Positions 1 to 9,068 of a DNA stretch of 64,000 nt are shown here, in pieces. This stretch comes from Candidatus Rokuibacteriota bacterium (GTDB lineage Bacteria; Methylomirabilota; Methylomirabilia; Rokubacteriales; CSP1-6), in the NCBI GenBank assembly GCA_003220615.1, contig QHTB01000128.1, forward strand, positions 11,839 to 75,838. The letters are read 5' to 3'. The notes beneath the pieces were generated by a model, which was not told where the DNA came from, did not search any database, and saw only the letters and a list, made by a program, of their open reading frames with translations. Positions within the stretch are counted from its first letter, which is position 1, and the number at the start of each line of letters is the position of its first letter. Position numbers and translations under genes: made by a program.

Positions 1-207
1 GTCACCTTCGAACTTCAGCGTGAGCAGCTGGGTCGATCCCTCGTGGCCGTGGATGATGCGGAGCACCGCTCGCGGATCGACCGTGACGGTTTCTGGCTTG
101 GCGCCGCCATAGAGCACGGCCGGGACGACGCCGTTGCGGCGCAGGCGCTTGGCCAGTTGCTTGCCGGTGCCCTCACGGCGCGTAATCGTCAATTCTTGCG
201 TCTGCAT
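1..207 (-). CDS. rplY: 50S ribosomal protein L25/Ctc, N-terminal 69 codons (gene runs off the window start)
   Basis: Own translation of the minus strand from ATG at 205-207: MQTQELTITRREGTGKQLAKRLRRNGVVPAVLYGGAKPETVTVDPRAVLRIIHGHEGSTQLLTLKFEGD. This is an L25/Ctc-type N-terminus, directly downstream of prs as in the conserved prs-ctc-pth arrangement. Absent from the ORF track because it is truncated. Confidence 0.8.
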   Translation of the reverse strand, partial: MQTQELTITRREGTGKQLAKRLRRNGVVPAVLYGGAKPETVTVDPRAVLRIIHGHEGSTQLLTLKFEGD

Positions 208-217
208 GTGCGCTCCT

Positions 218-1156
218 TCAGACGAACAGGGTCGAGACCGATTCCTCGTCATGAATGCGTCGGATGGCCTCACCGAGCAGCGGAGCCACCGTGAGGACCG
301 TCAGGCGGCCGGTCCGCTTGGCATCCGACACCGCGATGGAGTTCGTGACGACGACCTCTTCCAGGGGCGAGGACTTGATGCGGTCGATCGCGGGACCCGA
401 CAGCACGGCGTGGACTCCGCACGCAAGGATGCGCCGGGCCCCTTCGCGCGCGAGCGCTTCCACCGCCTGCACGAGCGTCCCGGCGGTGTCGATCATGTCG
501 TCGATGACCACGGCGTCCTGGCCGTGCACGTCGCCGATCAGGTGCATGGCGACCGCCTGGTTCGGGCCTTCGCGACGCTTGTCGATGATGGCCAGACCGG
601 CCTTGAGCCGCTTGGCGATGGCGCGGGCACGCTCTACGCCACCGGCGTCGGGCGAGACGATGACGGGATCGTGCAGATCCTTCTTGCCGAGGTAGTCGAT
701 GATCACGGGCGCCGCGAACAGATGGTCCACCGGGATGTTGAAGAAGCCCTGGATCTGTCCCGCGTGGAGGTCCAGCGCCAGCACCCGGTCCACGCCGGCC
801 GCCGTCAGCAGATCGGCGACGAGCTTGGCCGTGATCGGCACGCGCGGCTGTACCTTGCGGTCCTGGCGGGCGTAGCCGTAGTAGGGCAGCACGGCGGTGA
901 TCCGACGCGCCGACGCGCGCTTGAGCGCGTCGATCATCACCAGAAGCTCCATGAGGTTGTCGTTCACCGGGGGTGAGGTCGGCTGGACCACGAAGACGTC
1001 GGTCCCCCGGACGTTCTCGTTCACCTGCACGAAGACCTCGCCGTCGGAGAAACGGGAGATTTCGGCGTCGCTCACCGGCAGGGAAAGATATTGGGCGATC
1101 TCTTCCGCCAGTGGACGGTTCGCGTTGCCCGAGAAAAGCTTCAGGTCGTATCTCAT
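218..1156 (-). CDS. prs: Ribose-phosphate pyrophosphokinase (PRPP synthetase)
   Basis: ORF 218..1792 contains a full Prs from an internal Met ([21 protein letters not shown]..., [22 protein letters not shown]). The upstream part of the ORF runs over tRNA-Gln and ispE and is discarded. ATG at 1154-1156. Confidence 0.95.
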   Translation of the reverse strand: MRYDLKLFSGNANRPLAEEIAQYLSLPVSDAEISRFSDGEVFVQVNENVRGTDVFVVQPTSPPVNDNLMELLVMIDALKRASARRITAVLPYYGYARQDRKVQPRVPITAKLVADLLTAAGVDRVLALDLHAGQIQGFFNIPVDHLFAAPVIIDYLGKKDLHDPVIVSPDAGGVERARAIAKRLKAGLAIIDKRREGPNQAVAMHLIGDVHGQDAVVIDDMIDTAGTLVQAVEALAREGARRILACGVHAVLSGPAIDRIKSSPLEEVVVTNSIAVSDAKRTGRLTVLTVAPLLGEAIRRIHDEESVSTLFV

Positions 1157-2172
1157 CGCCGGCCTCGCCCGATCGTGGTTGGGGCGGGAGGATTCGAACC
1201 TCCGAATACGGGATCCAAAGTCCCGCGCCTTGCCGCTTGGCCACGCCCCAGTGAGCTCATGGTACTCGTCCTCATGCGCACGGCCGGCCCGGCCAGTGTC
1301 CGGACCGCCCAGCAGCGCCACGACGCCCGCGTGAGTCGCGCGCGGATCTGGCGCGCGTGCTCGAACGAGCGCGCGACCCCGAACACGGTCGGCCCGCTCC
1401 CCGACATCGCTGCGCCCAGTGCCCCCGCGGCCAGAAGCGCCGCCTTGATCCGCTCGATCTCGGGATGGAGCGGGGCCACGGCCGCCTCGAGGCCATTGTA
1501 AAGGCTCGCCGCCACGCGAGCAGCCTGCCGTGTGCGAAGCAGCTCGGCCAGCTTTCGGGCCCGCGAGCCGTCCGTATACATCGCCGCCGTGACGCGACCA
1601 TACGCCTCGGCCGTGCTGGAGCCGAACGCCGGGTTCACCAGCACGAGCGCCAGCGCGCCGGCGACGACCGGTTCGAGCACTTCGCCACGGCCCGTCCCGA
1701 GCGCGGCACCACTGCGCAGGAAGAACGGCACGTCCATTCCGAGCGCGGTGGCCACTTCGGCGAGCCGGGCCGCCGGCCACCGGAGGCCCCACAGACGGTT
1801 GAGGCCGAGGAGCACGGCGGCGGCATCACTCGATCCACCCCCCAGACCAGCCGCCACCGGGATCCGCTTGTCGAGCGTGATGTGCACACCACGATCGATC
1901 TTCGCCGCCTCCCGCAGGGTCGTGGCGGCACGCAACGCCAGGTTCGTCGCGTCGCAGGGGACTCCGTCGGTGTTCACGGCCAGCCCGAGCCCGGGTGCCT
2001 CGTCGAGGACCAGGCGATCGGAGAGGTCGACGGCCTGCATCACGGTCGCGAGCTCGTGATAGCCGTCGGCACGCTTGCCTCGAATCTCGAGGACCAGGTT
2101 GACCTTGGCCGCGGCGCTGAGCACGAGGCGACGACTCCTCGATCCCTTCGACAAGGCAGGGAAGACTAGCAC
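1153..2172 (-). CDS. ispE: 4-diphosphocytidyl-2-C-methyl-D-erythritol kinase (IspE). The 3' end is uncertain because the frame stays open through tRNA-Gln.
   Basis: GHMP-kinase motifs ([30 protein letters not shown]) and conserved lolB-ispE-prs synteny. The first in-frame stop is at 1153-1155, after the tRNA. Confidence 0.85.
   Translation of the reverse strand: MLVFPALSKGSRSRRLVLSAAAKVNLVLEIRGKRADGYHELATVMQAVDLSDRLVLDEAPGLGLAVNTDGVPCDATNLALRAATTLREAAKIDRGVHITLDKRIPVAAGLGGGSSDAAAVLLGLNRLWGLRWPAARLAEVATALGMDVPFFLRSGAALGTGRGEVLEPVVAGALALVLVNPAFGSSTAEAYGRVTAAMYTDGSRARKLAELLRTRQAARVAASLYNGLEAAVAPLHPEIERIKAALLAAGALGAAMSGSGPTVFGVARSFEHARQIRARLTRASWRCWAVRTLAGPAVRMRTSTMSSLGRGQAARRGTLDPVFGGSNPPAPTTIGRGRR
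1176..1250 (-). tRNA. tRNA-Gln (anticodon UUG), CCA encoded
   Basis: Read by eye on the minus strand: TGGGGCGTGGCCAAGCGGCAAGGCGCGGGACTTTGGATCCCGTATTCGGAGGTTCGAATCCTCCCGCCCCAACCA. It has a 7-bp acceptor stem with U1-A72, anticodon stem CGGGA/TCCCG with loop CTTTGGA, and T-arm GGAGG-TTCGAAT-CCTCC. Confidence 0.9.
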
Positions 2173-2188
2173 GCAGTTTCGAAGAGCG

Positions 2189-2962
2189 TCAACGCAGGCG
2201 CTGGGTCTTTGCAGTCTCCGGCGGCGTCATGCGGAACCGGTCGTCTTCCACGCCACTGTTGACGACAGGGTCGCGGTAGTCGACGCGTCCTGCGACACGT
2301 GCTCGCGGCGCCGAGAATCGGAAGCCCTGGACGTCGCCCTGTGGCCCCCGGTCGTAGGTGACCCGGACCTCGTAGAGTCCACCGGTGATCTCGACCTGGC
2401 GCACGACACCCGTCACGAAATCCATCCAGATCCTCTGCTGGTGGACGTTGTTGACGACGACGAGCGAGGGCCCGTCGGCGTCGGCCGGCATGATCTCGGC
2501 CACGCGGACGTCGGGGAGTGGCGCCGGGCGTCCGGCCAGTACGCCGACGAGGTCGTGAGGCTCGAAGGGCAGAGACAGGAGCTTCGCCATCGTGTCGGCC
2601 GTCGCTGGGCCGACGACGGCCTCGTTGGTCGCTGCGTTGTAGACGACGAGCCCATCGTCGTGCAGGGTCGCGATCAAGAACGGCTGCCCCATCGGCGACA
2701 ACGCCTCGAGCCGCACCGAGGCGGGAGCCTTGGCGAGCACGACACTGCGCAGACGTTGACGATCGCGGCCACGGGCGACGTCGAGATCGGCGAGGGTGCG
2801 AAGGTCCGAGAACTCAGACCAGCGCCGAGCGACGAGCGTGAGCGCGCGCTGCGCGTCTTCGGCAATCGGCTGGTGAGGTGGCGCCAGCAGGCGGGCACAG
2901 CCGGGGGCGAGCGCGAGAAGGAGGGCGAGGAGGCTAGCGCGTCTGCTGCGCTTTCGAATCAC
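2189..2962 (-). CDS. Outer-membrane lipoprotein, LolB/DUF4292-like (assignment by position and architecture)
   Basis: GTG at 2960-2962 gives VIRKRSRRASLLALLLALAPGC with lipobox LAPGC. It sits between the TPR protein and ispE, as lolB-type genes do. The longer ORF 2189..3169 overlaps the upstream gene and is rejected. Confidence 0.6.
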   Translation of the reverse strand: MIRKRSRRASLLALLLALAPGCARLLAPPHQPIAEDAQRALTLVARRWSEFSDLRTLADLDVARGRDRQRLRSVVLAKAPASVRLEALSPMGQPFLIATLHDDGLVVYNAATNEAVVGPATADTMAKLLSLPFEPHDLVGVLAGRPAPLPDVRVAEIMPADADGPSLVVVNNVHQQRIWMDFVTGVVRQVEITGGLYEVRVTYDRGPQGDVQGFRFSAPRARVAGRVDYRDPVVNSGVEDDRFRMTPPETAKTQRLR

Positions 2963-5120
2963 GCTTGACCCGCTGCAGACGGTTCTTCGCCTCCTCGATC
3001 TTCTTCTTGATCCCGTCCGCACTCGGGTCGAGCTGCAGCGACTTCTCCCAGGCGACCACCGCATCTTCCTCGAGACCGTTCTTGGCGAACGCATCGCCGA
3101 GGTGGTCGTAGATGACCGGATCGGCTTCCTTGGCCTTCTCGACGGCGCGCTTGAGCTCGCGGAGTGCATCCGGATAACGCCCCTGCTGGAAATACGCCCA
3201 GCCGAGACTGTCGATGAAGTAGCCGTTCTCGGGCTCGAGCTCGAGCGCCTTGCCGATGAGCTTCACCGCCTCGTCGAGATTCTGGCCCTTCTCGGCGTAC
3301 ATGTATCCGACGAAGTTGTAGGCCTCGGCGTGCTGAGGATCGAGGACGATGACGCTGCGGAAGAGCTTGACGGCGTCGTCGAACTTCTGCTGCTTCTCGT
3401 AGACGACGCCGAGCTGGAAGATCAGATCCTTCTGCTTCTCGTCCAGGGACAGGCCTTCCTTCAGCGTCTCGACGGCGCGGTCGTACTGCTTGGCGCGGAA
3501 GTAGGCACTCCCCAGATAGAGGAAGAGCTCGGGCCGTCGCGGCTCGATGTTGACCGCCTCGCGGAGCACGGCGATGGCCTGGTCGTAGCGCTTGCCGCGG
3601 CCGTGCAGGAATCCGAGCTGGACCCGGGCGTCGACGGAGCGGGGATCGAGACGAAGGATGCGTTCGAGCTCTCCGCGGGCATCGTCGTCGCGGCCGGCGT
3701 CCATGAGCGAGGTCGCGAGGAAGTACCTCGCGCGCAGGTTCGACGGCTCCAGCACGACCGCGCGACGGAAGGAGTCGGCGGCGCGCTCCCACATCTTCTG
3801 CTCGTAGTAGACGGCGCCGAGCTTCAGCCACACCCGCGCGTCGCGCGGGGCCGCCTCGGCGAGCGTCTCGACCTCCGATTGTGCTTCGTTGAAGCGGCCG
3901 AGACGGATGAGCAGATCGGACAGGCGCTCGACGAACCCGGGATTGTCGGGATTCGCCTGCATGGCCTTGCGGTACACCTTGATGGCGTCTTCCGGCTGGT
4001 GCCGCGTCTCGTAGACGTACCCGAGGGCCGTCCAGGCGCCGTCGTGGTCGGGATCGAGCTCGACGGCCTTGGTCAGACGGGTGATGGCCTCGTCCCAGTT
4101 TTCGGTCTCGACGGCGAGGCGGCCGAGGAGGAACTGGGCCTGGGCCAGCTTCGGTTGACGTTCGGCCAGGCGGAGCAGGACGGTGCGCGCCCGTTCGTAC
4201 GACTTCTGCTCGACGTAGTAACGAGCCAGCGTCAGGTACGGCTCCTCGGCCGACGGGTTCAGCGTGATGACTCTTTCGAGCTCGGCCTCGGCCTCGCCAT
4301 ACCGCTTCTGGGCGCGCAGGAGCTCGGCCAGCGTCAGATGGGTGCCGGCGTCTTCGGGCGCGAGTTGCACGGCCTTTCGGGCAGCGGCCAGCGCGGGCTC
4401 GGTCTGATCGGTACGGGCCAACCACTGGGCCATCTCGCGCCACAGGAAGGCCGACTCGGGGTCGCGCTTGATGGCCTGCTCCATGGCCGCGATTGCCTCG
4501 CGGAAGCGGCCGTTCTGCGCCATCATCTGTGCGGCCGAATAATGATAGTAGGCGTCGCTGGTCTCCGACGGGGCGACGAAGCGCGTCCGCCGTGGCGGCT
4601 CATCACCGTTGACGGCGGCGACGGGCCCCTGCGCGGCGCAACCGGCGGCGAGCGCCGCCAGCGTGACGACGACGAGGCTTCGTCGCGCGGTGGTGAGGAG
4701 GCGACGCGCCGAATCGCGAAGCGTCTCGTCGCCGATGGCGGCGACGGCGGCGTCGATGTCGCGCTTCTCTTCCGGCGCCAGAGCGCGGCGCCGTCGCTCG
4801 GTGCTCGGCGAAACGGACGCGGCGTCCTGTGCCACCGGTGTCAGCACGAAGCGCAGGGAGGTGATCGCGGCGAATTGCGCCCGAAGTCGCGTCGTCAGGT
4901 CAGGCGCGCGCAGCGTCAGCTCGTGCAGCCAGGGTGAGTTGTCGACGGCAACCTCGAGAAGGCCGTTGGTCAGTCGCTGGGGCCGGGACCGACGGGCCCC
5001 TTCGGCGCCGACGACGGCCGGCCATGACCGTCGGATCCCCTCTTCGACGAGCCGCTCGCGTAACTCGGGAAGAGCATTGACGATCAATTCCGAGATTGCA
5101 CGCGGTGCTCGAGAGTTCAT
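2934..5120 (-). CDS. Fusion protein: DUF721/DciA-like N-terminal domain, hydrophobic lipobox-like segment, long TPR-repeat domain
   Basis: The N-terminal ~165 aa (WPAVVGAEGARRSRPQRLTNGLLEVAVDNSPWLHELTL...) look like a stand-alone DUF721 protein. They are followed by RRSLVVVTLAALAAGCAAQ and then ~530 aa of TPR repeats. It is a single uninterrupted frame of 728 codons. Confidence 0.75.
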   Translation of the reverse strand: MNSRAPRAISELIVNALPELRERLVEEGIRRSWPAVVGAEGARRSRPQRLTNGLLEVAVDNSPWLHELTLRAPDLTTRLRAQFAAITSLRFVLTPVAQDAASVSPSTERRRRALAPEEKRDIDAAVAAIGDETLRDSARRLLTTARRSLVVVTLAALAAGCAAQGPVAAVNGDEPPRRTRFVAPSETSDAYYHYSAAQMMAQNGRFREAIAAMEQAIKRDPESAFLWREMAQWLARTDQTEPALAAARKAVQLAPEDAGTHLTLAELLRAQKRYGEAEAELERVITLNPSAEEPYLTLARYYVEQKSYERARTVLLRLAERQPKLAQAQFLLGRLAVETENWDEAITRLTKAVELDPDHDGAWTALGYVYETRHQPEDAIKVYRKAMQANPDNPGFVERLSDLLIRLGRFNEAQSEVETLAEAAPRDARVWLKLGAVYYEQKMWERAADSFRRAVVLEPSNLRARYFLATSLMDAGRDDDARGELERILRLDPRSVDARVQLGFLHGRGKRYDQAIAVLREAVNIEPRRPELFLYLGSAYFRAKQYDRAVETLKEGLSLDEKQKDLIFQLGVVYEKQQKFDDAVKLFRSVIVLDPQHAEAYNFVGYMYAEKGQNLDEAVKLIGKALELEPENGYFIDSLGWAYFQQGRYPDALRELKRAVEKAKEADPVIYDHLGDAFAKNGLEEDAVVAWEKSLQLDPSADGIKKKIEEAKNRLQRVKRDSKAQQTR

Positions 5121-5204
5121 TGATGGCTATCATACCTCTGCCGCACCAGAAGTGCCGAGTATCCGAGGTTCGTCAAATTGACTCAGTTCTGACCGACCTT
5201 TATA

Positions 5205-6581
5205 GTGACCTCTCCGATGGCAAAACCCCGTCGCGGCGACGTTCTGGACCTCATCATCGACGACCTCGCGTTCGGTGGGGAGGGCGTGGGCCGCGTGCAT
5301 GGCTACGTCATGTTCGTCCGCGGCGGACTTCCCGGTGACCACCTGCGCGTGAAGGTGACCGAGACGCGCGGGCGGTACGGCCGGGGCGTGATCGAATCGG
5401 TCACGGCGCCTTCTCCGCACCGCGTACCGGCCCCCTGTCCTTACTTTGGGCGGTGTGGTGGATGCCGTCTCCAGCATCTCGATTACCCGGCCCAGCTCAT
5501 GTTCAAGGAGAAGCAGGTTCGCGATTGTCTGGAGCGGCTCGGTGCGGCCGGCGACTTTGAGCTGCGCTCGATTCTGCCCGCACCGGAGGCCTACGGCTAC
5601 CGCAACAAGATGGAGTTCACGGTGGCGGAAGCGGCGGGCGCGACCGTGATCGGCCTGCACGAGGCCGATCGCTACGACGTCGTCCTCGACACCGAACGCT
5701 GCCTGCTCCAGTCGGAGGCGATGAACACGCTGCTGGCCGAGGTCCGAGGACAGGCGCGCGATCGTGCGCTCGCCGTCTATGATCAGGATTCCGGCCAGGG
5801 CCTGTTGCGTTTCGTCACCCTGCGGGAGGGCCGACGGACGGGCGACCGAATGGTCAACATCGTCGTTGCCGCTCCCGACGTGGAGCGCCTTCAGCCCGTC
5901 GCCGAAGCCCTCGTCGCCCGAGTGCCGTCGACGGCGAGCGTGGTGCTCAACGTCAACGCGAAAAAGGCCGCCGTCGCCGTCGGGACCGAAGAACACGTCC
6001 TCGTCGGGCGCGATCACATCACCGAGCGTCTCGACGACGTGACGTTCCAGATCTCGGCCAATTCGTTCTTCCAGACCAACACGCTGCAAGCCGAGCGCCT
6101 GTTCGGGCTGGTGGAGCAGGCGTGTGAGCTGACGGGCGAGGAGACGGTCCTCGACCTCTACTCGGGTACGGGCGCGATCAGTCTGCTCTTGGCCCGGCGC
6201 TGCCGCCACGTGTACGGCATCGAGGTCGCGGCCGCGGCCGTGGACGACGCCACTCGCAACGCGCGCGCGAACGGGATCGACAACTGTACGTTTCTGGCTG
6301 GCGAGGTCCGCCACGTCCTGCCCACCTTCGTCCGCGACGGTGTCACCGCGGCGGTCGTCGTCGCCGATCCGCCGCGCGCCGGCTTTCATCCGAAGGCATT
6401 ACAGGCGTTGGTGGCGTTGGCGCCCGTGCGCATCGTGTACGTCTCGTGCAATCCGGCCACGCTCGCCCGCGACGTCGGTGATCTGTTGCGCCAGGGATAC
6501 CGGCTCGAGTGGGTGCAGCCGGTGGACATGTTCCCGCAGACGCCCCACATCGAGGCAGTCGCCCGTCTCCGACGGGCGTGA
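5205..6581 (+). CDS. rlmD: 23S rRNA (uracil-5-)-methyltransferase, RumA/RlmD family
   Basis: TRAM-like N-terminus, Fe-S cysteine cluster CPYFGRCGGCRLQH, and SAM-methyltransferase motifs (VLDLYSGTGAISL, ADPPRAG). An alternative start is at 5217. Confidence 0.85.
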   Translation: MTSPMAKPRRGDVLDLIIDDLAFGGEGVGRVHGYVMFVRGGLPGDHLRVKVTETRGRYGRGVIESVTAPSPHRVPAPCPYFGRCGGCRLQHLDYPAQLMFKEKQVRDCLERLGAAGDFELRSILPAPEAYGYRNKMEFTVAEAAGATVIGLHEADRYDVVLDTERCLLQSEAMNTLLAEVRGQARDRALAVYDQDSGQGLLRFVTLREGRRTGDRMVNIVVAAPDVERLQPVAEALVARVPSTASVVLNVNAKKAAVAVGTEEHVLVGRDHITERLDDVTFQISANSFFQTNTLQAERLFGLVEQACELTGEETVLDLYSGTGAISLLLARRCRHVYGIEVAAAAVDDATRNARANGIDNCTFLAGEVRHVLPTFVRDGVTAAVVVADPPRAGFHPKALQALVALAPVRIVYVSCNPATLARDVGDLLRQGYRLEWVQPVDMFPQTPHIEAVARLRRA

Positions 6582-7495
6582 CCACATACCTGGTCCGTCG
6601 GCTGGCCCAGTCACTGATCGTCCTGCTCGGCGTCTCGTTCGTCGTCTTCTTCATCTTGCATCTCACCGGCGATCCGGCGGCGGTGCTTCTGCCTCCGGAC
6701 GCCAGCGCAGAAGATCTCCAGCGATTCCGGCAGGCGATGGGCTTCAACGATCCGTTCTTCGTGCAGTACGGCCGCTTCCTTCGCGGCGCTCTCCAGGGCG
6801 ACTTCGGCCAGTCCATCCGTCACGGCGAGCCCGCTTTCGGTCTGGTCGTCGAGCGGATGCCGGCCACGTTCGAGCTGTCAGGGGCGGCGCTCGTGATCGC
6901 CCTCGCCCTCGCGATTCCCGCGGGGATCGTCTCGGCGGTCCGACGCAACACGACGGTGGACTACGTCTCGACGGTGGTCGCGCTCCTGGGCCAATCCCTC
7001 CCGACCTTCTGGCTCGGAATCATGTTGATCCTCGTCTTCTCGGTGCACTGGGGCTGGTTGCCATCGTCGGGCCGTGGCAGGATCGAGCACCTCATCCTGC
7101 CTGCCATCACGCTCGGCCTGTTCACGACCGCGCGCATCGCTCGGCTCACCCGGTCCGGCATGCTCGATGTCCTGAGCCAGGATTTCATCCGGACCGCTCG
7201 CGCCAAGGGCGTGGGCGATCCTCCCGTCGTGTGGAAGCACGCCCTCAAGAACGCCGCGATTCCCATCGTGACCATCGTCGGAATCGAGCTGGGCACGTTG
7301 CTGGGCGGCTCGGTCATCACGGAGACGATCTTTGCGTGGCCGGGGGTGGGACGCCTCAGCGTGCAGGCCATCTACAACCGCGACTATCCGGTCGTGCAGG
7401 CGGCGGTCTTCCTTCTGGCCTCGACGTTCGTCCTCGTCAATCTCGTCGTGGACGTCCTGTACACGTATCTCGACCCCCGCATACGGCTGCGATGA
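6578..7495 (+). CDS. ABC transporter permease, DppB/OppB type
   Basis: N-terminus VTTYLVRRLAQSLIVLLGVSFVVFFILHL... and C-terminal NLVVDVLYTYLDPRIRL are typical of peptide/nickel permeases. GTG at 6578 overlaps the rlmD stop (GTGA). Confidence 0.85.
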   Translation: MTTYLVRRLAQSLIVLLGVSFVVFFILHLTGDPAAVLLPPDASAEDLQRFRQAMGFNDPFFVQYGRFLRGALQGDFGQSIRHGEPAFGLVVERMPATFELSGAALVIALALAIPAGIVSAVRRNTTVDYVSTVVALLGQSLPTFWLGIMLILVFSVHWGWLPSSGRGRIEHLILPAITLGLFTTARIARLTRSGMLDVLSQDFIRTARAKGVGDPPVVWKHALKNAAIPIVTIVGIELGTLLGGSVITETIFAWPGVGRLSVQAIYNRDYPVVQAAVFLLASTFVLVNLVVDVLYTYLDPRIRLR

Positions 7496-7531
7496 CGCCT
7501 CGAACGCTGCATCGCTGGCCGGCCAACGGTC

Positions 7532-8455
7532 GTGCCTGAGAGCGACTCCGGCGCCGCTCGGGTCGCGTTGCCGATGGCGCACCCCGCCGCCCAGGGGCGC
7601 CGTGAGTGGCTGGCCTTCTCGCGCCGGCTCGCGCGCCGACGAACGGCACTGTTCGGCGCCGTCGTCGTCGCCGTCGTCCTCGCGGTTGCGCTCGCCGCGC
7701 CGCTGGTCTCACCCTTCGACCCTCTCGGGCAGGATCTGGAGAATCGCTTGAAGCCGCCGGGATGGCAGGACGGGGCGGGATATATTCACCCGCTCGGTAC
7801 CGATCATCTCGGCCGCGACATTCTCGCTCGCGTGATCTTCGGAGCCCGGCCAGCCCTTCTGGTCGGCGTCGCCGCGGTGCTGATCTCCGGCGTCCTCGGG
7901 ATGATCGCGGGACTCCTCTCCGGCTACTTCGGTGGCCCGGTGGACGACGTTCTGATGCGTCTGGCTGACATCCAGCTCGCTTTTCCGTTCATCCTCCTCG
8001 CCATCGCGGTGATCGGAGTGCTCGGGCCGAGCCTGGTGACGATCATTGCCGTCATCGGTGTCTCGAGCTGGGTCATCTACGCCCGCGTCGTCCGCGGCGC
8101 CGTCCTGTCGATCCGGGAACGCGAGTTCATCCAGGCCGCCCAGGCGCTTGGCGTCCGGGACTGGCGTGTTCTCGTGCGCCACATCCTCCCGAACGCGTTC
8201 ACGCCGTGGCTGGTGGTCGCCACGCTCGACATGGCCCGCGTCATCGTCATCGAGTCGGCATTGTCGTTCCTGGGACTCGGCGTCCAGCCGCCGACCCCGA
8301 CGTGGGGAGGGATGCTCGCCGACGGGCGCGTGTACCTGTCGACCGCGTGGTGGCTGGCCACCTTTCCCGGGCTCGCCATCCTGGTGGCCGTGCTCGGGAT
8401 CAATCTGTTCGGCGACGGCCTTCGAGACACGCTCGACCCACGACTGAAGATCTAG
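7532..8455 (+). CDS. ABC transporter permease, DppC/OppC type
   Basis: HPLGTDHLGRDILARVIFG and FPGLAILVAVLGINLFGDGLRDTLDPR are typical DppC/OppC segments. An alternative start is at 7574. Confidence 0.85.
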   Translation: MPESDSGAARVALPMAHPAAQGRREWLAFSRRLARRRTALFGAVVVAVVLAVALAAPLVSPFDPLGQDLENRLKPPGWQDGAGYIHPLGTDHLGRDILARVIFGARPALLVGVAAVLISGVLGMIAGLLSGYFGGPVDDVLMRLADIQLAFPFILLAIAVIGVLGPSLVTIIAVIGVSSWVIYARVVRGAVLSIREREFIQAAQALGVRDWRVLVRHILPNAFTPWLVVATLDMARVIVIESALSFLGLGVQPPTPTWGGMLADGRVYLSTAWWLATFPGLAILVAVLGINLFGDGLRDTLDPRLKI

Positions 8456-9027
8456 CCGGTCGTCCCCCGCCGTCGCGCGACGACCGCCAGCGCTGCCGCC
8501 GACGTCGTCACCCAGAGCCCTCCGGAGCCATCACCGATCACGGCGTTGAGGACGAGCGCGACACTGCCGACGACCGTCGCCGCCCACAAGAGCGCGGAGG
8601 TCATGACATCCACGAGCCGAGGCCGGCCCACCGCGCCAATACAGGCGATCAGGGCGCCGGCGGCATCGATCCCCACGTCGAGGATGCTCGGGGTTCGCGA
8701 CGGAACCAGCATCTGAAAGGCCTCGTCCACGCCCGCCCACGCCACGCTCAAGCCGAAGGCGAGCGCGACTGCAATCCTGGGCGGGCGGCGCCCGACGGCG
8801 AACGCGCGATACCAGAGGCTGCCGAGCACGGCGTATTCGGTCACGTGGGCGAGCTTTCGGACGACGGCGTGGATGGATTCGAGCAGCGGCAGGGTCGCGG
8901 TCGGCCAGATGAAGCGCAGAGCGGGAAGAACGAAGCCGCCGGTGTGCTCGGCACTGCCCGCGTCGGTGGACAGCGCCAGGATCGCGGCCATCCAGACGAT
9001 CGGAGGGACCCAGTCCGAGCGGCGCAT
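8452..9027 (-). CDS. VanZ-like family membrane protein
   Basis: Four predicted TM helices with the VanZ-type motif VRKLAHVTEYAVLGSLW and a later DEAFQ segment. The internal Met (MRRSDWVPP) was chosen because the longer ORF would abut the divergent helicase gene. Confidence 0.65.
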   Translation of the reverse strand: MRRSDWVPPIVWMAAILALSTDAGSAEHTGGFVLPALRFIWPTATLPLLESIHAVVRKLAHVTEYAVLGSLWYRAFAVGRRPPRIAVALAFGLSVAWAGVDEAFQMLVPSRTPSILDVGIDAAGALIACIGAVGRPRLVDVMTSALLWAATVVGSVALVLNAVIGDGSGGLWVTTSAAALAVVARRRGTTG

Positions 9028-9068
9028 GCTTGCAACACTATACAGGTGGCGTGGTAGAGTGGCGCCCG

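Noticed and set aside
1157-1792. N-terminal 212-codon extension of the prs ORF (218..1792), and the 276-codon extension of the treY ORF (up to 60789).
   Set aside because: The extensions run across tRNA-Gln and ispE in the first case and across the GH57 gene in the second. They are R/G/P-rich junk. Canonical N-termini begin at internal ATGs that form ATGA junctions with the upstream genes.
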